64,000 nt of DNA, taken from the IMG/VR virus record IMGVR_UViG_3300022752_000022, positions 85,599-149,598 of that record; one strand, given 5' to 3'. Source of the stretch: a virus. Below are positions 15,614 through 23,895 of this stretch, one piece after another (position 1 is the stretch's first letter; every line of letters begins with the position of its first letter). The translations under genes and the position numbers were made by a program. The notes under the pieces are model-generated. The model made no database searches and was not told the origin of the DNA. It worked only from the letters and a program-made list of their open reading frames with translations.

Positions 15614-15868
15614 ATGATTGATTTTATCGCTGCTGAGAATGGTTGCATTGAACTCTACGCTAGTGTCGGCAACTTGGTTGTCAAGTCTGCTGATCCTGAG
15701 GTGCTTGCTGATGCAGCCCTTGCAGTCGGCGGTTTTGCTCGGAATTTGATGGCTTCGTCTTCGTGTGATTTTGCTGAAGAATATGGCTTTGAAAGCCAGG
15801 CTGCCTTTGATGCACTTTTGGATGAAATGTTTGATTGTGCTACCGCTGGTACGATGTTGGAAGGATAA
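15614..15868 (+). CDS. Hypothetical acidic early protein
   Basis: Start adjusted to MIDFIAAENG after the AAAGGA SD, because the ORF-track start at 15554 lies inside the promoter. Confidence 0.65.
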   Translation: MIDFIAAENGCIELYASVGNLVVKSADPEVLADAALAVGGFARNLMASSSCDFAEEYGFESQAAFDALLDEMFDCATAGTMLEG

Positions 15869-16035
15869 TATAGAATGAAAGAGGATATCAAAGCCAAGTT
15901 GGAAGAAGTCCGTAGTCTGTTGAAGCAGGCTACAATGAATGGAAACAGTTTAGAGTGTACGGCTGTCCTCGTGGTGATGGAACGCAATTTGAACAAATTG
16001 CTAGAGTACAATGATACATATGTGGATTAGTGTAG

Positions 16036-16251
16036 GTGTGGGCAATGAAACACTGTTGGCCTAAAAAAATGTACTATGTAGCACTAAACAAGCCCCATAC
16101 CTTCCCCGACGGTGGCTGGCGTGATTTTATTTCCACGCCAAGTCTAGGTAGGGCGAGGTACTATGCCAAGAAGCTTAAACGAAAGTATAGGCAAATTGAT
16201 GTTTATGAAAAAGGTAATGAACCGTATGTGCTGTTTGGGAGTTGGTTATAA
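16036..16251 (+). CDS. Hypothetical basic protein
   Basis: ORF abutting the next gene. Confidence 0.55.
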   Translation: MWAMKHCWPKKMYYVALNKPHTFPDGGWRDFISTPSLGRARYYAKKLKRKYRQIDVYEKGNEPYVLFGSWL

Positions 16252-16875
16252 ATGATTACGATTGAGTGCCCGAAGTGTAAAAACATCTATGATGGCACTA
16301 AAACTTATTTTCAAGCCACAAGACTAAATTCCGTTCTTAGAAACAAACGGAAGGTTTGTATATGTCTAAAATGCCTTGAAGACAAACCTTCAAATAAGAA
16401 ATGCCTTGAAGACAAATCTTCAAATAAGTCTAAATCTTTAAAATCTAAGAAATTGAAAACCTCAGATTTTCTTTTATCAGATGGTAATGTTATACAGATG
16501 CCGGATCATAGATTTCATTCAACAAATGTGTATCGACATTTAAATAGTTTTGATAAAGACTATAAAGATAGGGGCTTCATTTATGTCATAGGTCCCGAAG
16601 ACGGACCATTTAAAATAGGTATTACCAAAGATGTCAAAACTAGATTAAGAGAATTGCAGGTTGGATGTTGGTTTAAGATTAAAGTCCATTTTATATTAGA
16701 GTCTATTGACCCCAGACACACCGAAGAAATTGTTCATAGCTTTTTAAGTCAATATAGGCTAAACGGAGAATGGTTTAAATGTCCACTAAATGGAATAATT
16801 CATACAATTGAAATGATATATGAAAAAATGTTAGTTATTTCTAGAAAAGATTTTTTAAGCTGTGTTTATGATTGA
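16252..16875 (+). CDS. T5orf172/MUG113 (GIY-YIG-like) domain protein with N-terminal CxxC motifs
   Basis: GFIYVIG...FKIGIT...RLRELQ...E...H...GEWF; 30-bp tandem duplication at about 16369-16428 (KCLEDKxSNK twice). Confidence 0.8.
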   Translation: MITIECPKCKNIYDGTKTYFQATRLNSVLRNKRKVCICLKCLEDKPSNKKCLEDKSSNKSKSLKSKKLKTSDFLLSDGNVIQMPDHRFHSTNVYRHLNSFDKDYKDRGFIYVIGPEDGPFKIGITKDVKTRLRELQVGCWFKIKVHFILESIDPRHTEEIVHSFLSQYRLNGEWFKCPLNGIIHTIEMIYEKMLVISRKDFLSCVYD

Positions 16876-16901
16876 ATTAACCAACAGATACGGATCTCAA
16901 A

Positions 16902-17087
16902 ATGAACGAACGAATTCGAAAACTTGCTGAACAGGCTAAATTATATAATGGTTGGTTTTGTGGGCAAGGTAATATAGAAAAGTTCGCCGAGTTGATTGTT
17001 AAAGAATGTATTGCTAATTGCGATGACTTGAATAGCATGAAGTATATTGCTGATCACTTTGGCATCAAGATAGAGGGTTTGGAATGA
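16902..17087 (+). CDS. MNERI-family paralog 1
   Basis: MNERIRKLAEQA...EKFAELIVKEC...HFG. Confidence 0.8.
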   Translation: MNERIRKLAEQAKLYNGWFCGQGNIEKFAELIVKECIANCDDLNSMKYIADHFGIKIEGLE

Positions 17088-17302
17088 ACGAACGAATTCA
17101 AGAACTTGCTGAACAATGTTGGGATCAGCGATTAGATGGTCGGCATTTCGATCAGGAAATGTTCGCCGAGTTAGTTGTTCAAGAATGCTTACTATCCCTA
17201 GAACCAGATTTATATAGTAAAGAAATTGATTATGAGTTTGAACAAAGATTCTACAAACGTTGCAGAGACAAAATCATAAAACACTTCGGAGTTGAACAAT
17301 GA
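17084..17302 (+). CDS. MNERI-family paralog 2
   Basis: MNERIQELAEQ...FAELVVQEC...HFGVE. Confidence 0.8.
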   Translation: MNERIQELAEQCWDQRLDGRHFDQEMFAELVVQECLLSLEPDLYSKEIDYEFEQRFYKRCRDKIIKHFGVEQ

Positions 17303-17562
17303 ATAGCCAAGAAATCAGTGATGCTGTGTATAACTACGCAATGAGTCGTAGCGACTTTACAGCACCTTATGGCGTATTACAAGGTGAGCATATCAATCGA
17401 AAAGGCACCAAGTTTAAGAGTGTGACTTTTGGTCGTGCTCGTACACTTGATGCTACAGTGGAAATCTATAATAGGAATTTTATGATTCTTCGGTGTAGTG
17501 GTGTTGCTAACCGAGTATATGAAAATTATGATGATTTAATGGTCGCATTGCGGGAGCTATAA
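17299..17562 (+). CDS. Unrelated hypothetical protein inserted in the paralog array
   Basis: Coupled ORF; lacks the family boxes. Confidence 0.7.
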   Translation: MNSQEISDAVYNYAMSRSDFTAPYGVLQGEHINRKGTKFKSVTFGRARTLDATVEIYNRNFMILRCSGVANRVYENYDDLMVALREL

Positions 17563-17789
17563 TGATGAACGAACGAATTCGAAAACTTGCTGAACAGGCT
17601 AAATTATATAATGGTTGGTTTTGTGGGCAAGGTAATATAGAAAAGTTCGCCGAGTTGATTTTGAAGGATGTATTCGACCGCTTCGGTGATGAAATTTTGA
17701 GCTTACACTATCTTAAACAGGAATGTTGCCAAGATTCGGTGCATTTGCTGAAATCAAAAATACAAGAACATTTCGGAGTTGAAGAATGA
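17562..17789 (+). CDS. MNERI-family paralog 3
   Basis: 17565-17660 is identical to 16902-16997 (96 bp), then diverges. Confidence 0.8.
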   Translation: MMNERIRKLAEQAKLYNGWFCGQGNIEKFAELILKDVFDRFGDEILSLHYLKQECCQDSVHLLKSKIQEHFGVEE

Positions 17790-18025
17790 ACGAACGAATT
17801 CGAGAACTTGCTGAACAGGCTTGGGACGAAACTAAAGAAGAGTTTGGCAGTTTTGTCGATGACAGTGGAGAAATAGATTTTACTTTCCTACATGCTTATA
17901 CGGAGAAGTTCGCCGAGTTGATTGTGTTAGAGGTTTTGGCAGTACAGGAGAATCTCATCAGTAATGGTCATAATGCCTGGCATTTGCACAAACCTACGAA
18001 AAAACATTTCGGAATTAGATTATGA
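17786..18025 (+). CDS. MNERI-family paralog 4
   Basis: MNERIRELAEQA...EKFAELIV...HFG. Confidence 0.8.
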   Translation: MNERIRELAEQAWDETKEEFGSFVDDSGEIDFTFLHAYTEKFAELIVLEVLAVQENLISNGHNAWHLHKPTKKHFGIRL

Positions 18026-18231
18026 ACCAACGTATCCAAAAATTATTCCTTGAGGCACAGAAGTCTGTGCAGTTTCTCGCCAACTCCGAGGAATCCAAAC
18101 AGCGTATTGTAATGGAACGATTCGCCGAGTTGATTGTTGATGAATGTGCCAATTGGATCAACGAAAATGTTGGAATGATAGATGAGGATGCTAGGGCTGA
18201 TTTACATAAACATTTTGGAGTTGAAAAATGA
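18022..18231 (+). CDS. MNERI-family paralog 5
   Basis: MNQRIQKL...ERFAELIVDEC...HFGVE. Confidence 0.8.
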   Translation: MNQRIQKLFLEAQKSVQFLANSEESKQRIVMERFAELIVDECANWINENVGMIDEDARADLHKHFGVEK

Positions 18232-18437
18232 TGTGGAAAGCGAAACCAAATTTACTAAATGAGAATGATTCTCGGACCTTTGAGACTGAACAGGAAGCCA
18301 TTTCATACTTAGAAAAACTGACTGGCCAGATGCTGGAGCGGGACTACCGGCGAGTCCGGAAGGCTGGGAAGATGGTTACCATCAAGGGAAAATCTGATTG
18401 GGAGCTGATTGGAAAACTCCAGCAGGTTGTTGCATAA
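18228..18437 (+). CDS. Hypothetical protein
   Basis: Ends VVA* inside palindrome copy 8. Confidence 0.7.
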   Translation: MMWKAKPNLLNENDSRTFETEQEAISYLEKLTGQMLERDYRRVRKAGKMVTIKGKSDWELIGKLQQVVA

Positions 18438-18476
18438 AAACAACATGGTTGACACCGAGTTTGGTCCTGCTATACT
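18428..18476 (+). promoter_or_regulatory. Early promoter cassette copy 8
   Basis: TGTTGCATAAAAACAACA, TTGACA 18449, TATACT 18471. Confidence 0.85.
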
Positions 18477-18482
18477 AGAGCC

Positions 18483-18671
18483 ATGGTGAACGAAAGGGGA
18501 AAAATGATGAAAGTAGCAGAGCTGATAGCAGTGCTTCAAAAGATGGACCAGGATCTGGACGTGGAAATGGCAATGAACATGGAGTATCAGTGTCCGGTAA
18601 AGGCTGACATGGTGCAGGTTGTAGAGCACGATGGTTACCGTTATGTCTGCATAGACACGGATCATGAATAA
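18483..18671 (+). CDS. Hypothetical early protein
   Basis: MKVAELIAVLQKMDQDLDV phage motif. Confidence 0.7.
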   Translation: MVNERGKMMKVAELIAVLQKMDQDLDVEMAMNMEYQCPVKADMVQVVEHDGYRYVCIDTDHE

Positions 18672-18945
18672 GGACCAGAATATGGATAAGGCAATCTATG
18701 TGATTGATGGTTTCGGTGAGTATGGGCTTGATGTTAATCATAGCCCAGGAGTTGGTGGCTACTATGTTAAATTGTACGATGGCTCTTATGATGCATCAGG
18801 CTTTTACAATGAAAAGGACGCACGAGAGGAGCTGGAATTCCTTGTTTCCATATCAAGCCACAGCGTCTGGCATCATGTAGATCGTAGCATTAAGGGTGAT
18901 CCGCACTTCAATGCCGGCTTTGATAATTATCGAGATGTTGCATAA
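18664..18945 (+). CDS. Hypothetical early protein
   Basis: Ends VA* inside palindrome copy 9. Confidence 0.65.
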   Translation: MNKDQNMDKAIYVIDGFGEYGLDVNHSPGVGGYYVKLYDGSYDASGFYNEKDAREELEFLVSISSHSVWHHVDRSIKGDPHFNAGFDNYRDVA

Positions 18946-18984
18946 AAACAACACGCTTGACATTGGTCCGAGTCCTGTTATTAT
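18936..18984 (+). promoter_or_regulatory. Early promoter cassette copy 9
   Basis: TGTTGCATAAAAACAACA, TTGACA 18957, TATTAT 18979. Confidence 0.85.
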
Positions 18985-18990
18985 ATACCT

Positions 18991-19239
18991 GTGATGAACG
19001 AAAAAAAGGAGCGAATGATGTGGAATCTTGAAGGAATGCATGTTACCGGTACTTATCTTGGTGGTGACTATACCGTTTCCGGCTATGTTGAGTCTAGCCG
19101 TGTTAAGTACGGTGGTGGTGTCCAGCACACCGTAATTCTGGATGAGCCAATCAAGTTTCGCTGGCGAGCTGAGCCTACCAGTCGGTTGTTGATTGACCAT
19201 GAAAACGTGGTTTCCGTTCGGGACCATGCTGTTGCATAA
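18991..19239 (+). CDS. Hypothetical early protein
   Basis: WNLEGM.V.G.Y...G.VESSRVKYGG.VQHTV; ends VA* in palindrome copy 10. Confidence 0.7.
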   Translation: MMNEKKERMMWNLEGMHVTGTYLGGDYTVSGYVESSRVKYGGGVQHTVILDEPIKFRWRAEPTSRLLIDHENVVSVRDHAVA

Positions 19240-19279
19240 AAACAACACGCTTGACTCTGGTCCAGGTCCCTGCTATACT
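19230..19279 (+). promoter_or_regulatory. Early promoter cassette copy 10
   Basis: TGTTGCATAAAAACAACA, TTGACT 19251, TATACT 19274. Confidence 0.85.
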
Positions 19280-19285
19280 GAATTC

Positions 19286-19480
19286 ATGGTGAACGAAATG
19301 GATGATTTTGATATGTTGACACCCGAAGATTTGGCTGACTATGATCGCTGGAATGCTGAAGTTGAACTTGCGTACCGGCACTGGTTGACAGAATCCGATG
19401 ATGGTATTGCTTTGATTAATGAATGGGCCGCTGCTGCTGCACTGGCCGATGCCGCTGACATTGAAATGGAGAATGTATAA
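19286..19480 (+). CDS. Small acidic hypothetical protein (likely leaderless start after promoter)
   Basis: In-frame part of ORF 19193-19480 that lies downstream of the -10 box. Confidence 0.55.
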   Translation: MVNEMDDFDMLTPEDLADYDRWNAEVELAYRHWLTESDDGIALINEWAAAAALADAADIEMENV

Positions 19481-19881
19481 TGGCTTATATGAACCAAGAG
19501 AAAAAAGCGAAGATTGCCGCACTGCTGAAGCCAGTCTTAGCTAAGTATGGTCTGAAAGGCAGCCTTGCAGTCCACAATCATTCCACGATCCGCCTCACGG
19601 TAAAGTCTGGTAAAATTGACTTCATTGAGAATTATCTCGAGGATGGCAAGTGTACGGACGAAGCCTTTGTTCGGAAGTACGGAACCCTTGATGTGAATCC
19701 CTACTGGTTCCAGGATCACTTCACCGGCGATGCTAAAGCATTCCTGACTGAAGCATTCGCAGCACTAAAGGGTGCCGATTACTACGATGAATCCGACATC
19801 CAAACGGACTATTTTAACACCGCTTATTTCTTTGGTTTGCAAGTCGGCAAATGGTCCAAACCGTATGTGTTGACAGCTTGA
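19480..19881 (+). CDS. Conserved phage early protein
   Basis: MAYMNQEKK...YYDESDIQTDYFNTAY...GKWSKPY. Confidence 0.8.
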   Translation: MAYMNQEKKAKIAALLKPVLAKYGLKGSLAVHNHSTIRLTVKSGKIDFIENYLEDGKCTDEAFVRKYGTLDVNPYWFQDHFTGDAKAFLTEAFAALKGADYYDESDIQTDYFNTAYFFGLQVGKWSKPYVLTA

Positions 19882-19920
19882 TTTGGTTATGTTAAATTTT
19901 AATTTGATTAGGAGATAATT

Positions 19921-20457
19921 ATGGCACGTACCGCTACCACTCGCATGTTTCACCGTCTTGTTCGGTTTCTTGCTGATAATCCGGGTATGAAGACTCTACC
20001 GGAGATTTCCGCTGGGTTGAACTATACTTATACTTATGTAATCGCACCAGACCTCTGGAGAGCAAAGCAATTCGGCGCTGATATCGTACCACACAAAAGT
20101 GGCCGGGAAGTGCTTGGATACGAACTCCTGAACGGTCCGGCTATGCTGACAGCACTGGTTGCATTTGATACCAGCACCGTCAAAACACCGAAGGTCAAGA
20201 AAAACGCTAAGGCTGCACTGGTTCCTTTGGCTACTCCAGCGACACCGGCGGCCGCAGTACCGGTCCCGGCACCGGCTAAGCCAAAAGCAGCGAAAGCTAA
20301 ACCTGCTAAGACTAAGCTGCCGAAGCCGGTAGAGATGGAATCCGACGAGATTTCGACGGTTTCAACGAAGCCAGTGGACATCCTGGACGAGATTGACATC
20401 GACTTAGTGACATTTGAAGATCGGTCGTTTGCTGAAGATTATGTAAAGGCTTTGTGA
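19921..20457 (+). CDS. Hypothetical protein with possible N-terminal HTH and Ala/Pro/Lys-rich linker
   Basis: AGGAG SD; low-complexity PAKPKAAKAKPAK. Confidence 0.7.
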   Translation: MARTATTRMFHRLVRFLADNPGMKTLPEISAGLNYTYTYVIAPDLWRAKQFGADIVPHKSGREVLGYELLNGPAMLTALVAFDTSTVKTPKVKKNAKAALVPLATPATPAAAVPVPAPAKPKAAKAKPAKTKLPKPVEMESDEISTVSTKPVDILDEIDIDLVTFEDRSFAEDYVKAL

Positions 20458-20625
20458 CATCATGAACATCTCTGGCCTGATTCCTCTCATTTTAGAAGCA
20501 TGGGGTTTAGGTTTGACGGGCGACAACGTTGTGAATTATGTTTGCGCCCGGTCTGGCTTTTGTAGTAAACTATCAAGAAATGAAATTGAAACCACAGTCC
20601 GCAATTTGATAAAGGAAATGTCTGA

Positions 20626-21027
20626 ATGAAACACTACGAGAGATTGAACTTACTTGAAACTGAAGTGATGCATATGCGAGAAAACTTAGCGATTTTTAAA
20701 TCCGTTATGGAAGCGCACATGAACGATTTCGCAAAATCACAAACCGATGAAGGCTTAGCACTCTGGCGAATTCTCCAATTGATGAAAACAAACACTGAAC
20801 AAACTTATGATCTATTCTATGAATTGTTTGATGATATCAAAAAAGACTCACAAGAGCAAGAAGCTAAACAAACCAATCTTTATCCTGGATGGACTGTAAA
20901 ATTTCCTGAAGAACCATTGAAGCCATTGCCACCAGAGCAAATGGATCTATTTCAAGAAAATAACACAATGGCAGGAGATCATGTATGGAATCATATCGTT
21001 ACTGATATCAGGAATTCTTCGCAATGA
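20626..21027 (+). CDS. Hypothetical coiled-coil protein
   Basis: ORF with SD, coupled to the next gene. Confidence 0.65.
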   Translation: MKHYERLNLLETEVMHMRENLAIFKSVMEAHMNDFAKSQTDEGLALWRILQLMKTNTEQTYDLFYELFDDIKKDSQEQEAKQTNLYPGWTVKFPEEPLKPLPPEQMDLFQENNTMAGDHVWNHIVTDIRNSSQ

Positions 21028-21674
21028 ACATCTTTTATCTTTCCGACAATCCCGAATCTGCTGCTAGGCAGCACTGTGATAAACATATTGTAAAAATGGT
21101 GATTGAATATGCACAGTTGTTGTCTACGGCGCATCGGATGCTCGACGGAAAAGAATATATAGATGTTACTGCTAACAATCGTAAAATCAAACGATGGAGG
21201 ATGGGAGATGACAGAGAAGCGATTCTGTATAAAGCATCTCATATCAATCATCCTTCAGCAGTTTGGGTTCGGCAATCTGTATGGAATTATCGTTGGCTAC
21301 ATGATTTGCTTACTTGTTGTCTTGATGAGTATACATTTCGTTATGAAAAGATCCACGTGATCCGAAGGTCAGGATTAGAAGAAGCATTATTTTTTAATCC
21401 TATGAATGTTCCTAAAAGTGTATCATTCTTTGAACCGCCACCTGCAATGCCCGATGAATATAAAGTAAAAGGTAATGCTATCCAGTCGTATCGGGAGTAC
21501 TATATACATAGCAAGAGCCGATTTGCAAAATGGACTAAACGAATGGTCCCTCAATGGTATACTGAAGGAATTAATTTAAAGGTTAAACATGCCAACATAT
21601 ACGTTTCAACACAAGACAACTGGAGAGATCATAGAACGGTTGATGAAAATCTCCGAGCAGAAGGATTGGCTTGA
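21024..21674 (+). CDS. Pyrimidine-dimer DNA glycosylase / endonuclease V-like protein
   Basis: MNIFYL...HCDKHIVKM..EYAQLLSTAHR...HINHPSAVWVR...AMPDEYK. Confidence 0.8.
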   Translation: MNIFYLSDNPESAARQHCDKHIVKMVIEYAQLLSTAHRMLDGKEYIDVTANNRKIKRWRMGDDREAILYKASHINHPSAVWVRQSVWNYRWLHDLLTCCLDEYTFRYEKIHVIRRSGLEEALFFNPMNVPKSVSFFEPPPAMPDEYKVKGNAIQSYREYYIHSKSRFAKWTKRMVPQWYTEGINLKVKHANIYVSTQDNWRDHRTVDENLRAEGLA

Positions 21675-21822
21675 TGCGAATCCTGATTTTGAAATAGCAC
21701 ACTTGGGAATGACTTTAGGCGATCCTATTCGCTTAGGGTTGAGGAAGCCTGACGCTGGTTTCCGTGAAGTCTTACAGAAAGCAAAGGCTGCACATCCAAG
21801 AGGCAACATCAACACCTTCTAA
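21589..21822 (+). CDS. FmdB-like small regulatory protein (T4-like conserved)
   Basis: MPTYTF...TGE...GFREVL.K.K..HP. Confidence 0.65.
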   Translation: MPTYTFQHKTTGEIIERLMKISEQKDWLDANPDFEIAHLGMTLGDPIRLGLRKPDAGFREVLQKAKAAHPRGNINTF

Positions 21823-22502
21823 TGCGTAGCATCTATTTTGATCATGTAGGCGTTGACATTGATTACGAACTACAAACAAGACAAGTAGACGGGCGAAGAT
21901 TTTATCTTACGCCTGAGGGCTATGCTTATCCGTCTGTTACAACAATTACATCGTTACATGGAAAAGAAGGGATTCTTGAATGGCGAAAACGTGTAGGTGA
22001 AGAAGAAGCAAATCGGATATCTACTCAAGCAGCAAGAAGAGGAACTCGCATTCATACCATATGTGAGAATTATCTGAAAAATGAAGAAGATTATATCAAA
22101 GGCCATATGCCATCATCTGTTGCATTGTTTAAGACTGTGCAACCAATTCTTGATGAACGGATCAATAATATTCATGCGATTGAAGTCCCACTATATTCTC
22201 ACCATCTAGAAGTTGCGGGCCGTGTAGACTGCATCGGTGAATTTGATGGTAAGTTATCTGTGATAGATTTCAAAACTTCAAGCAAACCAAAACAAGAAGA
22301 TTGGATTGTCAACTATTTCATGCAATGCGCTGCATATGCTGTGATGTATGAAGAGCGTACCAAAATACCAGTTTCAAGACTTGCGGTTGTGATAGCAGTT
22401 GAAAATGATGAACCGCAAGTCTTTGTCAAAAAGCGGAATGATTACATCGAATTGTTTAGAGAATACAGGAAAAAATTTGAAGAGGCGACTCATACTTTTT
22501 AG
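21822..22502 (+). CDS. PD-(D/E)XK exonuclease (Cas4/RecB-like)
   Basis: YPSVTTI, RGTRIH, E..L, AGRVDC, IDFKTS, Q..AYA. Confidence 0.9.
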   Translation: MRSIYFDHVGVDIDYELQTRQVDGRRFYLTPEGYAYPSVTTITSLHGKEGILEWRKRVGEEEANRISTQAARRGTRIHTICENYLKNEEDYIKGHMPSSVALFKTVQPILDERINNIHAIEVPLYSHHLEVAGRVDCIGEFDGKLSVIDFKTSSKPKQEDWIVNYFMQCAAYAVMYEERTKIPVSRLAVVIAVENDEPQVFVKKRNDYIELFREYRKKFEEATHTF

Positions 22503-23145
22503 TGGCGGTGTTGAAAGCACAGCACTTCTCACGATAGCAGATAAAAAAGATTTGTTATTGATATGTGGTGTACCTAGAAAAAATTACACATACGGGCTAG
22601 ATTATGCTAAGTGTAAAAAAATAGCATCTGTATACGGAAATGAAATTATGGAATTTGATTTTCCCAATCAAATTGATGGATCTAAATGGACGAATCAATT
22701 GATGTGGTTTGTATTTACATCATATCTAATTGTAGCATCAAGAGATGATATCAATGAAGTTTGGTGGGGAATGCATTATAACGAATCCCATAGAAATTTT
22801 AATCATCCGATAGAAAGAAAAAAAAATTTTGAAAGAATCATGACAGCATGGTATACACTTCATCCAACAATTAAGTTTTGGGCGCCATTAGAATTTGAAA
22901 CAAAGACGCAACAATGGCAAAGAATACCAGACGATGTGAAAAAGTATGTGAGCTGGTGCAATACAAATAACGATTGTGGTGTATGTAGAAAGTGCTTAGA
23001 ATTTAAGAAATATTGTGGCGATATACCAAAGAACCGACCTATCTTTGTACCGCCAAAAAAAGAATTGAAAGAAGTCCAACAATATAGTGATAGTAACGGA
23101 AAGAAATTTCTTTCAAATTTTTTAAACATAAAGGGGAATGCATGA
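22399..23145 (+). CDS. QueC-like PP-loop ATPase (probable start near 22477)
   Basis: LILFSGGVEST PP-loop; C-terminal SWC...CGVCRKC Zn motif. Confidence 0.7.
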   Translation: MKMMNRKSLSKSGMITSNCLENTGKNLKRRLILFSGGVESTALLTIADKKDLLLICGVPRKNYTYGLDYAKCKKIASVYGNEIMEFDFPNQIDGSKWTNQLMWFVFTSYLIVASRDDINEVWWGMHYNESHRNFNHPIERKKNFERIMTAWYTLHPTIKFWAPLEFETKTQQWQRIPDDVKKYVSWCNTNNDCGVCRKCLEFKKYCGDIPKNRPIFVPPKKELKEVQQYSDSNGKKFLSNFLNIKGNA

Positions 23146-23495
23146 GTCAACAAATGGTTCACGATGTAGTAAGGTTTATTCAAGCGTGTGAGCAACTTCG
23201 CACACCTAAAAATATAGAATTGTATGATAAACTAATTCATGAGGAATTTGAAGAATACATAGATGCAAAGAATGACGCAGAGAAATTGGATGCATGTATG
23301 GACATGATTTGGGTGATTATTGGTTATTGTCATATGAAAGGTTGGAATGTAGAACGTGCATGGGAAGAAGTTGCAAGAAGTAATTTAGATAAGATTGATC
23401 CTGATACAGGATATGTTCTAAAAAATTCTGATGGTAAAGTGATGAAACCTAAGCATTGGAAAGCACCTGCACTTGAACAATTTGTTGAAGCATGA
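23142..23495 (+). CDS. MazG-like/PRA-PH nucleotide pyrophosphohydrolase
   Basis: LIHEEFEE...LDACMD...EVARSN..K...DGKVMKP..W. Confidence 0.85.
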   Translation: MSQQMVHDVVRFIQACEQLRTPKNIELYDKLIHEEFEEYIDAKNDAEKLDACMDMIWVIIGYCHMKGWNVERAWEEVARSNLDKIDPDTGYVLKNSDGKVMKPKHWKAPALEQFVEA

Positions 23496-23514
23496 TATAA
23501 TCACTAAATAAAAT

Positions 23515-23864
23515 ATTGTTGTATGAAGTTGAAGGAAACATGTTGCGGACGGCGGTTCAAATCCGCCCAGGTCCACCAAAAGCATGGCAGCGAAAGACGC
23601 CTAACCAGCGACCCTACCTACAAGGGAGAATACGGTGAATGATCAATTGTTGTGGTGACGATTGTATGTGTTCACGCCGCAGTAGGATGCTTTTGATGGG
23701 CCTGTACTGGTTTCGACGGAGCAAAGAGTACGGAAATGGACAACACGACAGGCGAAGGACGTAATCCTAGCAAAACGTTAAACGCAAACGACGAAAGATT
23801 TGCATTAGCCGCCTAAACACGGCTTAGGGTTTCGGTGAGTTTCCTCGTAACAGAATAACTCACC
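23515..23864 (+). ncRNA. ssrA: Circularly permuted (two-piece) tmRNA, tag (A)ANDERFALAA
   Basis: Acceptor piece first: T arm GGCGG-TTCAAAT-CCGCC, then CAGGTCC-ACCA ending 23578. Coding piece starts GGGCCTG..TTTCGAC at 23698 (G3-U pair). Tag ORF 23784-23816. Late-type ACTAAATA at 23503-23510. Confidence 0.92.
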
Positions 23865-23895
23865 ACACACTCACACACATTTAAAGGAGACTATT

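Noticed and set aside
16902-18231. Repeat-spacer pattern suggestive of a CRISPR array
   Set aside because: There are three different boxes, all in frame within coupled ORFs, with irregular spacing, and no cas operon. The PD-(D/E)XK gene is a common T4-like nuclease.
14675-19279. Dyads interpreted as integron attC sites or terminators
   Set aside because: Too short, they do not fit RYYYAAC...GTTRRRY, no integrase is seen, and there is no GC stem plus U-tract.
23864-23880. CA-rich tract CACACACTCACACAC
   Set aside because: Short low-complexity leader before an SD; no further support for a distinct element.
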